A stretch of 64,000 nucleotides of DNA from Octopus sinensis (Eukaryota): positions 59,086,001 to 59,150,000 of the forward strand of contig NC_043013.1 in the NCBI RefSeq assembly GCF_006345805.1, read 5' to 3'. Positions 22,768 through 35,297 of the stretch are shown here, in pieces; position 1 is the stretch's first letter; each line of letters starts with the position of its first letter. The notes under the pieces were generated by a model. The model was not told the DNA's origin. It saw only the letters and a list, made by a program, of their open reading frames with translations, and searched no databases. Both the position numbers and the translations under genes were made by a program.

Positions 22768-23490
22768 GCCATGATAGATCGCTAGCCACTACACATTATT
22801 TTCTCTCCTTGTTTCTTTCTGTGTTCCTTTCTGTGGAAGAGCGTAGGCTCGAAACGTTAAAGACTTTTTCACTTCCCGAGCATTATACTAATACATCTGT
22901 TTGTTGTCTACACCACCTGTCTTCGTCTCTTGTTTTTTTTTTGTGAATTGTCCCCATATATTACATGCTCACGTGGTCGCACCAGTTGATCCTGTCTCCT
23001 CTCATCCCCCACAAGCTTCTACGGATTCTACCTGCCTCCTCTCATCACCCACGACCTTCTACGGATTCTACCTGTCTCCTCTCATCACCCACCAACTTCT
23101 ACTGGACTTTCTACACTTTAGCTGCACCTCTCCTGCCTATGGATTGCACTGGACTCCTCTGTTGATGAAAAATCGCTCCAATACACCACGACGTCTGAAG
23201 CTTTTGAACTTTTCGTAACTTTTTTTATACTTTCTAAACTTTTTTTGTACTTTCTGATTTTTCCTATTGTCGTTTCTACCTACTCTGGTTGTTCTTTGCC
23301 ATGATAGATTGCTGGCCACTACACATTCTTTATTATCTCTCCTTGTTTCTTTCTGTGTTCCTTTTTGTGGAAGAGCATAGGCTCGAAACATTAAAGACTT
23401 TTTCACTTCCAGAGCGTTATGCTAATACATCTGTTTGATGTCGACACCACCTGTTTTTGTCTTTTTATTTTTTGTGAATTCTGCTCATAT
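22768..23490 (+). mobile_element. PLE-like partial tandem: two ~200-bp direct terminal repeats flanking a short body with 3 x 40-bp repeats
   Basis: Direct repeats at 22768-22960 and 23298-23490 each contain GAAGAGC.TAGGCTCGAAAC.TTAAAG. The 40-bp units lie at 22991-23113. Confidence 0.6.
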
Positions 23491-25442
23491 GTTTATGTCT
23501 CCTTGCCTTGACACTGTGTTTGTTGTAAATGCATGTCATTCATTTCTAAGACGCTGTGTTAAAACATATCCTGGTCATGAGAAGATACTATTTTCATCGG
23601 AAACAGGTGAGTGTTGGTGACAGGAAGGGCATCCAGCTATAGAATATCTGACTCAAAATACTCCTGACCCATGCAAACATGGAAAAGTGGAGGTAAACAT
23701 GATGATGATGATATTGATAATGATGATTATGATTTAGCAGGTCAATTGACTTGTAGTAGTAGTAGTAGTTGTAGTAGTAGTAATAGTAGTAGCAGCTGCA
23801 GCAGCAGTAGTAATAGCTGCAGCACCAGCATCAGTAGTAGTATAATAGGAGTTACAGTGGAAATAGTGAAGTCTATGATAGTGGCTGTTGTGGTCGTAGT
23901 ACTTGATAATGTTGCTGCTACTGTTGTTTACTACCCATTAGCTTCTATGAATGCTTATGCATAAACATACCAAATATATATTTGGTTGATATTTTGAAGT
24001 TATGCAATGTCACATATGTCAAATAAAATTAAACTGTAAACAAAACATTAAAAAATTAAATGTAAACATGATTCTTTGACGCAATGTCTTGGCGACAGGT
24101 GGTGAAATTTTGGTGTTGCATTAACCATACAGCTGACCTATTTGATACTAAGCAAATTTATTGATCCTCCTGTTCTGTAGACTCTATATATATGTGCATT
24201 CGAATGTAGTAGGGATCAACTGGCCTTTGACCGCTGTTTGTATCTTGTGTCCACTACTCTGATTGGTTGGTATTGGTGCAATTTGTCTCCTACTATGTTG
24301 TGCCAACTGACCGTGGATAGCCAGTCAGAGACTTCAGATAGCATCATGTGAACAACCTTTTTTGAGCCCTATTTCAAACCTACTACTTTATATAAAAATC
24401 CAGCTTTTTCCTCAATACAGGTCTTCCGGTTCCAGATCTTTTTCGGTCAAGCCACTGACCACACAAGACGCAGCCAGTTCCGGTGACGACACCACAGCAG
24501 CCACGTTGAGACTTTCAATATCATCAGCATCATCTCCCTACCTACATACACCGCTCACCAAGCAACTCGCCCAGGTTCCAACACGCCACCGTTCGTGAAT
24601 TACTTCACAATGGATCAACAGTGAATATACAACCTGCAAGAACTCCTGTACCAAGTGACCCAGGCAGCAGCATCACAGCCACGACTTCACGTATGACATG
24701 TACCTGCAACAGGGTCAGCATCATGGCCATGACTTCTTGATACGGTATTTCAACTATTGTGTATGAACTGATATTATTTATCTTACTTGTGTCTATGAAA
24801 TTCTCACTTCAATGACTATAGACTCTTTCACTAGTTTCATCTCGTTTCCGTTCGTTCTTCACACGTGCATACATCTACGCATACACACACACACACATAC
24901 ATTTTGTTCTCATGACGACCTGTCTATTATCCTGTATATATGATGCACACAAAAACACACATGTTATTGTACCAATAAATCTTCTGGCAGAGGTAAAGAT
25001 CATGAACCGCAACCCCTTTGAGATTTTTTTCTTTTTACAGGAACACACTATATCAAGGACGAAGATTCTGAATCTGCAAAAAAACCTGCATTTCAAAATT
25101 CGCCATATTGGCTAACTCAGATGAGCGTAAGGTTAGACAATTGGATTGTTACCTACCACTCCATTGTATTCCTAGCACGAAACTGATTGGTAAAATCAGC
25201 TGTGATGGATGTATAATACTGTATAATATATAAAAATTATAAAGTATAGTATGTATGTATGTATGTATATATATATATATAATTAATTAATATATTAGAT
25301 CTCTTTATTTTCCAAGTTAATAATAATACTCGATATTTTATATAATATATTCATTGAAGAAATATCTCTTCAAAATACACTATATTAAGCAAGTGTATCT
25401 TGGATAAAAATATTCTTGAAGAGGCCTAAATATCCTCTTACT

Positions 25443-25528
<86 letters not shown>

Positions 25529-25562
25529 CATACATACATATATATATATACATACATACATA

Positions 25563-25849
25563 TATACTCTTTTACTCTTTTACTTGTTTTAGTCATTTGA
25601 CTGCGGCCATGCTGGAGCACCACCTTTAATCAAGCAACTCGACCCCGGGACTTATTCTTTGTAAGCCCAGTACTTATTCTATCGGTCTCTTTGCCAAACA
25701 TATACATATATAGCGGTTCGGCAAAAGAGACCGATAGAATAAGTTCTAGGCTTACAAAATATAAGTCCTGGGGTCAATTTGGTCGACTAAAGTGCTCCAG
25801 TATGGCCACAGTCATATGACTGAAACAAGTAAAAGAGTAAAAGAGTATA
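25563..25849. repeat. Inverted pair of SINE family B 3' ends
   Basis: 25563-25698 is the reverse complement of ~25718-25849. Confidence 0.8.
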
Positions 25850-25899
25850 CATATACATATATATACATATATATACATATATATAACACACACACACAC

Positions 25900-25969
<70 letters not shown>

Positions 25970-26001
25970 GTTTAACTCCATTTATTTTTTTATATATATT
26001 A

Positions 26002-26395
26002 CTAGCAGTATCGCCCGGCGTTGCTCGGGTTTGTAAGGGAAATAATTATATAAGCATTTTTAGAGATGTAAAGTATAATAGCCATCTCAATATGGCTAAC
26101 CACAAAGGGGGAGGGGTGTTACTGTAGCTTTTTACGTTCTGAGATTTAATAATAAATTTTAGAGAGTTACTTCCCTTATATATGTCAAAAATGGATTAAA
26201 AATGGGAAAAATTGATGGTAATTTTTTTTTAAATCGTAGACTCATCGTAGACGCGCGCTAATACCCAGACGGTCTCGATATGAATCACGACTATAAGATA
26301 CCCGGTTTTGGTTAAACTGCACCGCAAAATGTGGGAGTAGTTAGGAATCTAAATCGTAGGAGACAGACACACAACCTCACTTTTATATATAAAGA
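26002..26395 (-). mobile_element. Non-autonomous Helitron
   Basis: On the minus strand: A|TC 5' end, subterminal hairpin CCCGAGCAACGCCGGG, CTAG|T 3' end and no TSD. Confidence 0.85.
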
Positions 26396-26562
26396 TTTCC
26401 TCTATTTACATAATATTGAGGTCTCTTTCTTTCTTTTGTTATCTTACTGTTTTTACCAATATACATATATATATATATATATATAAATATATATATATCG
26501 TTACAGAGATGTACTTGCATAGCAAGTGACTGATCTGAGATCGTGTGCTGGAACGAAAACAG

Positions 26563-26820
26563 TTGCAGCGTTGAAGGTGTTTATAAGCCATTTAAGAAAC
26601 ACACAAAAACCGTTAGATTCACTTCAACATTTAAATTTAATTTGTCAAAATTTTTCGTCGCTTTGAGACCGCGACCTGTTAGCACGATATTTTTGTCAGT
26701 GAACAGGTCGCGGTCCCAAAGCGAGGAAAATATTTTGGCAAATTAAATTTAAATGTTGAAGTCAATCTAACGGTTTTTGTGTGTTTCTTAAATGGCTTAC
26801 AAACACCTTCCACGCTGCAA
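26563..26820. repeat. 258-bp palindrome (PLE-type inverted terminal repeats) with an HHR-like fold
   Basis: Arms 26563-26680 and 26702-26820 are reverse complements around a 21-nt spacer. Confidence 0.85.
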
Positions 26821-27174
26821 TATATATATACACACATATATATATGTATGTATGTATGTATGTGTGTATATGTGTATGCATGTATGTGTGTGTGTGTGCG
26901 TGTCTGTGCTTGTGATTGTCCTCCACCACTGCTTGACAACGAATGTTGGTTTGTTTACATCCCTGTCACCTAGTGGTTTGACAAAGGAAACAAATAGAAT
27001 AAGTACAATGCTTACAAAAATAAAACTGGAGTTGATTCATTAAACTACAATTCTTCAAGGCATTGCCCCAGCATGGCCACAGACCAATGGCTGGAAAAAG
27101 CAGAAGAATAAAAGAATACATTCTCTGCTTTGGTCTTATGTTCAAGGCATGAGAAAGCTTGAGTTTACATGAGA

Positions 27175-27455
27175 AGGCCTAACAGACCTGGTAGAAACAG
27201 AGGCCAAATCTCCCTCAAATCACACCTTACTGTCTTATGTATGTATATATATATGAGCCAATGAGGGGGACCTCTACTTGGTAGCTAGACCTGGTAGAAA
27301 TAGCAGCCAAATTTCCCCCAAATCACACCTTACTGTCTTATCTATGTATATATGTATGTATGAGCCTATGAGGGAGACCCCTACATGGCAGCTAGACATG
27401 GTAGAAATAGCAGCCAAATCTCCCTCAAATCACACCTTACTGTCTTATGTATGTA
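27175..27455. repeat. Three tandem ~105-bp units
   Basis: AGAC(C/A)TGGTAGAAA...CAAATCACACCTTACTGTCTTAT recurs at ~27184, ~27288 and ~27394. Confidence 0.8.
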
Positions 27456-27981
27456 TCTCTTATTATAAAAGGCAGATTTTATCTGCCTCCCTTTGTCACT
27501 TATAGAAATCTACAATATAGGATTTCTTCAATTACAATTTACCTAGCATTTTTAAGAGTAGAATGCATCGGGTCATGCCAGGTCCAGTTTTTAAAATTTA
27601 AACTCCAATTAAGCAAAACTTACAGAAAACTCACATTCTGGTGTGTATGTCAAATGCTTTTCTTAGTCTGGTTTACAGCACACGCAAACGCACACACACA
27701 GTGTGCAACGAATAAAGTGAAACTAATTCACTGTCTGTGTTGACAGGTAGACAATAGAATGCGATGGCGATGGAAATGGCGATGTAATATTTGTTTCTGT
27801 CTATCACGCTGATAGATACATGAGTAAAATGTATGGCAAGCTAAGAGATAAGAGTGAGTGAAAATGTTCTTGGAAGAGAGTAAATAGCGACAGAGTGATT
27901 TGAGGAAGACTAAACTGAAAGTATGAAACAGTGTTTATGTATAAACAGACGACACTTATATATAGTTATGTATGCATCCAT

Positions 27982-28300
27982 TTAACCCTTTCGTTACCAA
28001 ACCGCCCGAATTACCTATTCATATTTAAATGAGAATATCAGAGTAAATCTCTTTAGTACATTCGTGAAAACACGTATTATACTTCGTAAACACTTCAAAT
28101 ACAGTTTTGTACAAAAATCGAAGTGTAATTTTAATTCCGTGAATTATGGGAGATTTTTTTCCGAATTTGTTCCTATTGTGTTTTCAAAATTTGTAATTCT
28201 GACAAAAAATGGATACGAATTTCATTATATCAAGCAGCGAGTCAGAATTCGAAGGATTTTCTACTGAAGACCTTCATAAATCTAACTCTATGACTGAAAA
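27982..28300 (+). mobile_element. Possible piggyBac-like 5' fragment
   Basis: TTAA followed by CCCTTTCG, and an acidic N-terminal motif SSSESEFEGFS in the ORF at 28209. No matching right end was found. Confidence 0.4.
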
Positions 28301-28309
28301 AAAAAAGCA

Positions 28310-28693
28310 TCTTTATATAAGAGTGAAGTTGTGTGTCTGTCTCCTACGATTTAGATTCGTAACTACTCCCACATTTTGCGGTGCAGTTTAACCAAAAGCG
28401 GGTATCCTATAGTCGTGATTCATATCGAGCCCTTCTGGGTATTAGCGTGCGTCTATGATGAGTCTACGATTAAAAAAAAATTTACCATCATATTTTTCCA
28501 TTTTAATGCATTTTTTCGCTTTTATATAAGGGAAGTAACTCTCTAAAAATATCTACGATGTGTCAACGATTTAAAAAAAAAATTTACCTTAATTTTTTTT
28601 CAATTTTTAATGCATTTTTTGGCTATAACTCTCTAAAAATGCTTATATAGTTATTTCCCTTACAACCCGAGCAACGCCGGGCGATACTGCTAG
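28310..28693 (+). mobile_element. Non-autonomous Helitron (same family as 26002-26395)
   Basis: A|TCTTTATATAAG 5' end and CCCGAGCAACGCCGGGCGATACTGCTAG|T 3' end. Confidence 0.88.
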
Positions 28694-28848
28694 TAAGAGA
28701 TACAAAATATTTCACATCAACCCGGAGTTTCTACTTTTAAAATTGGGTTTACATCCTTATTACTTGTGTGATTTTTTGCTGCCCTGGTAACTTTTTATTT
28801 ATTTTTTCCATGTTATTGTAAAACAAGGGGAAAATACACACATCCATT

Positions 28849-28939
<91 letters not shown>

Positions 28940-29029
28940 ATGTATATATATATATATATAAGATGTACCTAGAGTAAGCTATGAACACATAAGAGGTGCA
29001 GCAATATCAAAGGAAGACTAACTGGGAAG

Positions 29030-29968
29030 ATAGTTTTTGTGTGTAGCAAATGTTCAGGAGCAATAAACACTAAAGATGCGCAGAGACCAACTTCCGCCAC
29101 ATTCCAGGGAGAAAAACTAGAAATAGTTGATAGCTTCCGTTACCTAGGTGACCAAGTCATTAGCGGGGGCAGGTGTGCTGAAAGTGTAGCTACTAGAATA
29201 AGAATAGCCTGGGCAAAGTTCAGAGATCTCCTATCTCTGCTGGTGATAAATGGCCTCTTGCTCAGAGTAAAAGGCAGACTGTATGACACATGTGTGTGAG
29301 CAGCCATGCTACAAGGCAGTGAAACATTGGCCGTGATTGCTGAGAACATGCGTAAACTTGCATTGGGCCTCACCGAAGCAATGACAAGTGACTGAGACCT
29401 TTGGAAATATGCTATGCTTGAGAAGACCCAGCAAGCCAAGTGAGACCATAAACATGGCCTATGCCAGTGCAGCATAACCAGTCCATTTAAGAGTACCCTT
29501 CAATCATTGGGCAATAAACTACGCTTGCGAAGACCTGTTGAGGCAAGTGAAATCATTATCATGGCTGATTACTATACCGCCTGATTGGCACACGTGCCAG
29601 TGGCACGTAAAGAGCACCATTCAAGCATGATCATTGCCAGTGTCGCATGACTGGCTCCTGTGATGGTGGTACGTAAAAAACACCATTTGAGCGTGGTCGT
29701 TGCCAGTACCCCCTGACTGGCTCCTGTGTCAGTGACACGTAAAAAGCATCATTTGAGCGTGGTCTATACCAGTACCGCCTGACAGGCCCTCATGCTGGTG
29801 GCACATAAAAAGCACCCACTACACTCTCTGAGTGGTTGGCGTTAGGAAGAGTATCCAGCTGTAGAAACTTTGCCAGATCAGACTGGAGCCTGGTGCAGCC
29901 TTCTGGCTTGCCAGCCCTCAGCCAACCGCCCAACCCATGCCAGCATGGAAAGCGGATGTTAAACGATG
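29030..29968 (+). mobile_element. 5'-truncated, internally deleted RTE LINE (ORF2 end plus 3' UTR with sub-repeats)
   Basis: Translation GEKLEIVDSFRYLGD...RIRIAWAKFRDL...RVKGRLYDTCV, followed by UTR and a GAT tail. Confidence 0.85.
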
Positions 29969-29973
29969 ATATG

Positions 29974-30057
<84 letters not shown>

Positions 30058-30926
30058 TACATACATACATACACACACACACACACGCACACATATATAT
30101 ATATATGTACATTATATATATATAAATTAGAGAGAAACCAATATTATGCAATTCAAACAATGATAGACATCAACCAAATTATAAATAAAAAATATAACTA
30201 GATCGCAAAAAGTACAAAAATGAATAAACAATACGTAGTTTCATGGCTATAATTTAAATTCGAATTATAATTAAATTTAAACTTAATCAAAAAACAATTC
30301 AATTTAAAATTATAGTCACTCATCAGGTCAACAATAATAACAATAATAGTTAAATAAAAAAGCAAATAGAATTTAACAATATTTCTTAAAGAAATTATGA
30401 TTGTTCTTATAGAAGATACTCCATTAACTGAATTTGAAACTTAAAACATTAGGACCAGGCACCTATAATACATTTATCATGTTAAATATTTAAGATAAAA
30501 AATAGAGTAATTAGATAGAAAACGTATTTATCTGTGAAGATATAATTTAGCTTTAATAAAAAACATTAATAAACTAGTGAATATCTCTAACCTAGCTATA
30601 CTCTAATATTTAATTACCAAACTATTTTACAAAACAGTCACACTTAATATTTTTAGATTTTAGTTCAAATATAATAATTATAAAATAGTAAAATTATAAA
30701 ATTATATAAAAGTATGTACCTGTATTATAATCAACAAATATAGCAATTAAAAATCCATATTTTTTCAATCAATAAACATATAAATAAATAAATAAATTAG
30801 TCCATTATTACTTAAATAAATATTATAGATATCATTCCAAAAATATTCATGAAATAAAAAATAAAAATTTCCAAACCTAAAAACGTATAACTTATCGTTT
30901 ATAAGATTATTTGCAAAATAAAAATT

Positions 30927-30959
<33 letters not shown>

Positions 30960-30981
30960 CATTATTATTATTATTATTATT

Positions 30982-33900
30982 CAGTAGTTTTTTATTTTTA
31001 TAGCGTGCTGCTTTCACTTCACTACGAGCGCAGCTCTGTGTGCCTTGGGTATGGCTGTGATTTGTTGTGATGCTCTGATGGTTATTGTATGGAAAGTGTT
31101 CTGCGTAGGATGTGTGCAGTGCCTAGTAGTGCAATTTTCTGTATGTTATATGTGTTTGTAAGTCCTGGTGTTTTTGTTATGTATTTGTCTGAATATTTTT
31201 TTATCATGCCTAATGCACCTACTATGATAGGAATTGTTTCTGTTTTCAGGTTCCACATTCTAGTTACCCCTCTATTTCCAGGTCTTTGTATTTTGGAGTT
31301 TCTCCATTTCTTTTAGAGACACGTTTGTCATCTGCCGGTATTGATACATCATTAGAAAGCATTTTTTTTCTTCATGATCTCTGACAACTATATCTGGTCT
31401 GTTGGCCTTAATTTCTCTATCTGTGTGTATCGGCATATCCCAGAGTATGGTTGCTTTCTCGTTTTCTGTGACCTTTTCTGGTGTGTGCCTATACCATCTT
31501 TTTTCTGTTGTTATTCCATAATGTTGGCATAGCTTCCAATGTATGTAGGTTCCAACTCTGTCATGTCTGTGAATATATTCCTTCTTAGCCAGGACTGGGC
31601 AGCTAGAGATAATATGATTTTTGTTTTCTTGTCCATCTCCACATATTCTGCAGTTACTTGTAATATTTCTTTTCATTACATGTTTTTGGTAATTTCTGGT
31701 TGGGAGGCTTTGGTCTTGTGCTGCAATTAAAAATCCTTCTGTTTCTGCTTTTTGAGTCCTGAGCTTCTCAACCATTGCTGGGATTTTTCTTTGTCTATTT
31801 CTTTTGCGTTTAGTTTAGTGCAGTATTTACCATGAAGGGGTTTTTCTTGCCATCGTTTTATCATGGCTCGTTGCTGTTCTATTTTAGTTTGGATTTCATT
31901 TGTTTTATAGCTTTTGTTGTTTCTTCATCATCTTCTTTCTCTTCTTTGTGTTTATTATGGTGGTATGATTCTTGTTTGTATTGTCAGCTTCCTTAAATAC
32001 TGAGAACAGTTTTTTGTTTTGCTCGTGTTTTGCTGGCTATGCTGATCAGTTTTCCTTCCTTCTGAAGTAGGTTATTTTTGCAGTCCTATGGTGGTTATTT
32101 TATAGTAGTTTTTCCAGCTGTATAAGGCCTCTACCACCTTCTATACGTTGTATATATAGTCTTTCTATGTCAGATTTTGGGTGATGCATCCTAGATCCTT
32201 CAGTATTTTTCTTGTTTTCTATCTATTTTGGACAGTTCATTTCGTGTCCAGTTAGGATATTTAGCTGCTTTAACTTATAATCTGGGACACTAAAGTGTTG
32301 ATACCTATTATCCTGTTTTTAGCATGAGCTCTTTTTTAGTATTGATCTAACTCGTCTATAATATTCTTTTTTTATTTTCTCTTTCATTTGTGTGTGTTGT
32401 GTCTTATCTAGTTCATGGATTCCTAAGTATTTGTAAGTTTGGCTTTGGTCTAATTCTTTTATTTCATTGGTTTTATCTAGTGTGATGTTGTTATGCTTGG
32501 AATGGTTGACATTAGGAAGGGCACCCAGCCATAGAAAACCATGCCAAATCAGAATGGTGTCTGATACAGCCAGACACTATTCTGGTCAAACCATCCAACC
32601 CATGCCAGTATGGACACCGGACGTTAAAAGTTGATGATGAGGAGGATCTAAGGCTCCTTCATTGGAATTTCAGCAACATCAAGAGGATATTTGCATGTAT
32701 GTGTGTATATGTGCAGCATTTGGAGTGCAGTGCATGTGCAGATTTTTATATTATGTTTTATGTATGTATTCTCATACGTATAGTTGCTCCTTAAGATATA
32801 CATATATATACTTAAATAAGGAACTTCTGGAAAGTTTTACAAATTTTTTGCAGTTCCAGTGATGGCTTGGATCTGTAGTCTTCAAATCAGCTTTCTCTTT
32901 TCACGTATGCATGCATGCATGCATGTATGTATGTATGTATGTATGTATGTATGTATGTATGTATGTATGTATGTATGCTTCTGTGCAGGTGGCACATAAA
33001 AAGCACTATTTGAGCGTGGCCGTTGCCAGTACTGCCTGACTGGCCCTCGTGCTGGTGGCACGTAAAACCACCCACTACACTCTCAGAGTGGTTGGCGTTA
33101 GGAAGGGCATCCTGCTGTAGAAACTCTATCAGATCAGATTGGAGTCTGGTGCAGCCATCAGGTTCGCCATGGAAAGCGGGCGTTAAACGGTGATGATGAT
33201 GATGATTATGTATGTATGTATGTATGTCGTTATTCAGTTTCATTTCAAGATTTCTTGTCAATAGAGAAAGAGCCAATTTCTAACCTAGATCTAAGGTTCC
33301 TTCATTGGAATTTCAACTTCAACAACAGAGTATGTATGTATGTATGTATGTATGTATGTATGTATGTATGTCCCCCATCTCCGAACACCATCACACCACT
33401 ACACCATGCACCACCATACCACACATCACATCACATCACAACACACCACCTCGCACACATCAGCACTGACCACTTCCCAGACTCACATTTTCGCACCTAC
33501 ACATACACACATGCACATGTGAAGATCACCAGCCCTCTTCTACACGTACATACAAACTCTCTTATACATACTCACGCGCACCTTCATTTTGAGATCACCA
33601 CTACTTTATTATCTCCCCTTCTCCCTAGCTCTTCTGTGTGACCCTTCTGCCCAGCATTCGCCATGATAGATCGCTAGCCACTACACATTATTTTCTCTCC
33701 TTGTTTCTTTCTGTGTTCCTTTCTGTGGAAGAGCGTAGGCTCAAAACGTTAAAGACTTTTTCACTTCCCGAGCATTATACTAATACATCTGTTTGTTGTC
33801 TACACCACCTGTATTTGTAAGTATTTGTAAGTTTGGCTTTGGTCTAATTCTTTTATTTCATTGGTTTATCTAGTGTGATGTTGTTACTCTTAACTAGTTT

Positions 33901-35233
33901 CCTCTTTTCATGGTTACTTGGCGCATTTTTCTAATCCAAATTCATATCTATTTCTTTGGTAATCCATGAACTGTCTTTAATAGTGTTTCCAGCTGTTTGT
34001 CATTTGCAGCGTATAGTTTTTAGGTCATCCATATATAAAAGGTGGCTGATCGTTTTGCGTAACATTTATATCCGCATCCAGTTCTATTTAGCATATCAGA
34101 TAGAGGTGACAGTGCCAAGCAAAAAGTAGTGGAGAGAGCGTGTCTCCCTGGAATATTCCTCTTCTAATGGGGATGTCTTTGGTTTTCATGAGTCCCTCTT
34201 TTGTTGGAGGTGTAGGACTGTTTGCCATAGAGTGCTCTATGAATTTTATGATGTTGGTGCTACTTTGTTAATGGCTAGTGTTTCGAGGATCCATGTGTGG
34301 GGGATGCTATCAAACGCCTTTTTGTAGTCAATCCAGGCCATACTGAGGCCTTTCTTCTTCTGTGGCTGTCTTCAGTTACGGCTTTATAATCATTAGTTGA
34401 TCTTTACAGCCATATGAGCCCTTGCGGCATCCTTTCTGCTCTTCTGGGAACAGTTTGTTTTCGTCCAGGTGCTTGTTCAGCCTTTGCGATATCACTGCAG
34501 TAAATGCCTTGAACATAGTAGGGAGGCAGGTTATGGTCTGTAGTTTTCTGGTTTTGTTGTTTCATTTGATTTGGGAATTAAGATGGTTTTCCCCTTCGTG
34601 AGCCATTCAGGCATTGTCTCTGGCTGCTCTGCTAGTATGCTGTTAAAGTTTTCAGCCAGCTTTTTGTGCATTCCTGTTAGATATTTCAACCGGAAGTTGG
34701 GGATCTTGTCATGCCCAGGTGCCTTCCAGTTGCTTAGTTTTGCAGTGCCTGGGTGACCTCTTCAGTTGTTATGGGGGTCCAAAGTTGTTCAGATGCCGAG
34801 TTTTGTTATTTTCATACTCCTTTTTTTTGCTGTTCGTTCGCCGACCATATTTCTTTCCAGAATTCTTCCAATTCTTCTGCCGTTAGTGCTGCAGTGACTT
34901 CTATTTATTTTTGCCCAGTTCTTGGTAGAACTTTTTGGGGTCAGAGTTGAACTTTTTGTTCTGTTCAAAGAAGCGTTGGCATTTCTCGTACCGGCGGATC
35001 GTTTGAGCTTTGGCAAGGATATCTTGCTTCAGCTTTTCTTTTATCTCCGGCAAATCTTTTTCTGTGATGTTATATTTGCGGAGCATTTTTGTTCTCTTTT
35101 TGTTGCTCAGTAGCGTTGCTTGTTTGCTGATTTCATTAAGAATCGACAGGTCTTTTCTAATTTTTTTTATTTTGTTTTGGATGTTATTTATCCACAGGGT
35201 TTGTTTGGGTGGTGGTACTCCTGTTTGGGCGGG
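30982..35233 (-). mobile_element. R4/Dong-like non-LTR retrotransposon (RT plus CCHC/restriction-like endonuclease), 5'-truncated, decayed, interrupted at 32494-33812
   Basis: Minus-strand HLLYMDDLKLY near 34030. ORF 31272-31775 contains ETEGFLIAAQDQ, CRICG...HIISSC and HD...ANRPDIV. (TAA)n tracts flank both ends. Confidence 0.85.
32494..33812 (+). repeat. Inserted copy of the 22018-22920 region
   Basis: 32494-32830 matches 22018-22355 and ~33225-33812 matches ~22365-22920. It is flanked by a ~70-bp duplication of the LINE target. Confidence 0.9.
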
Positions 35234-35255
35234 TTATTATTATTATTATTATTAA

Positions 35256-35297
<42 letters not shown>

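Noticed and set aside
24090-24880. Possible solo LTR or PLE fragment
   Set aside because: The composition suggests a repeat, but I found no clear termini, TSD or protein motif. It is left unclassified.
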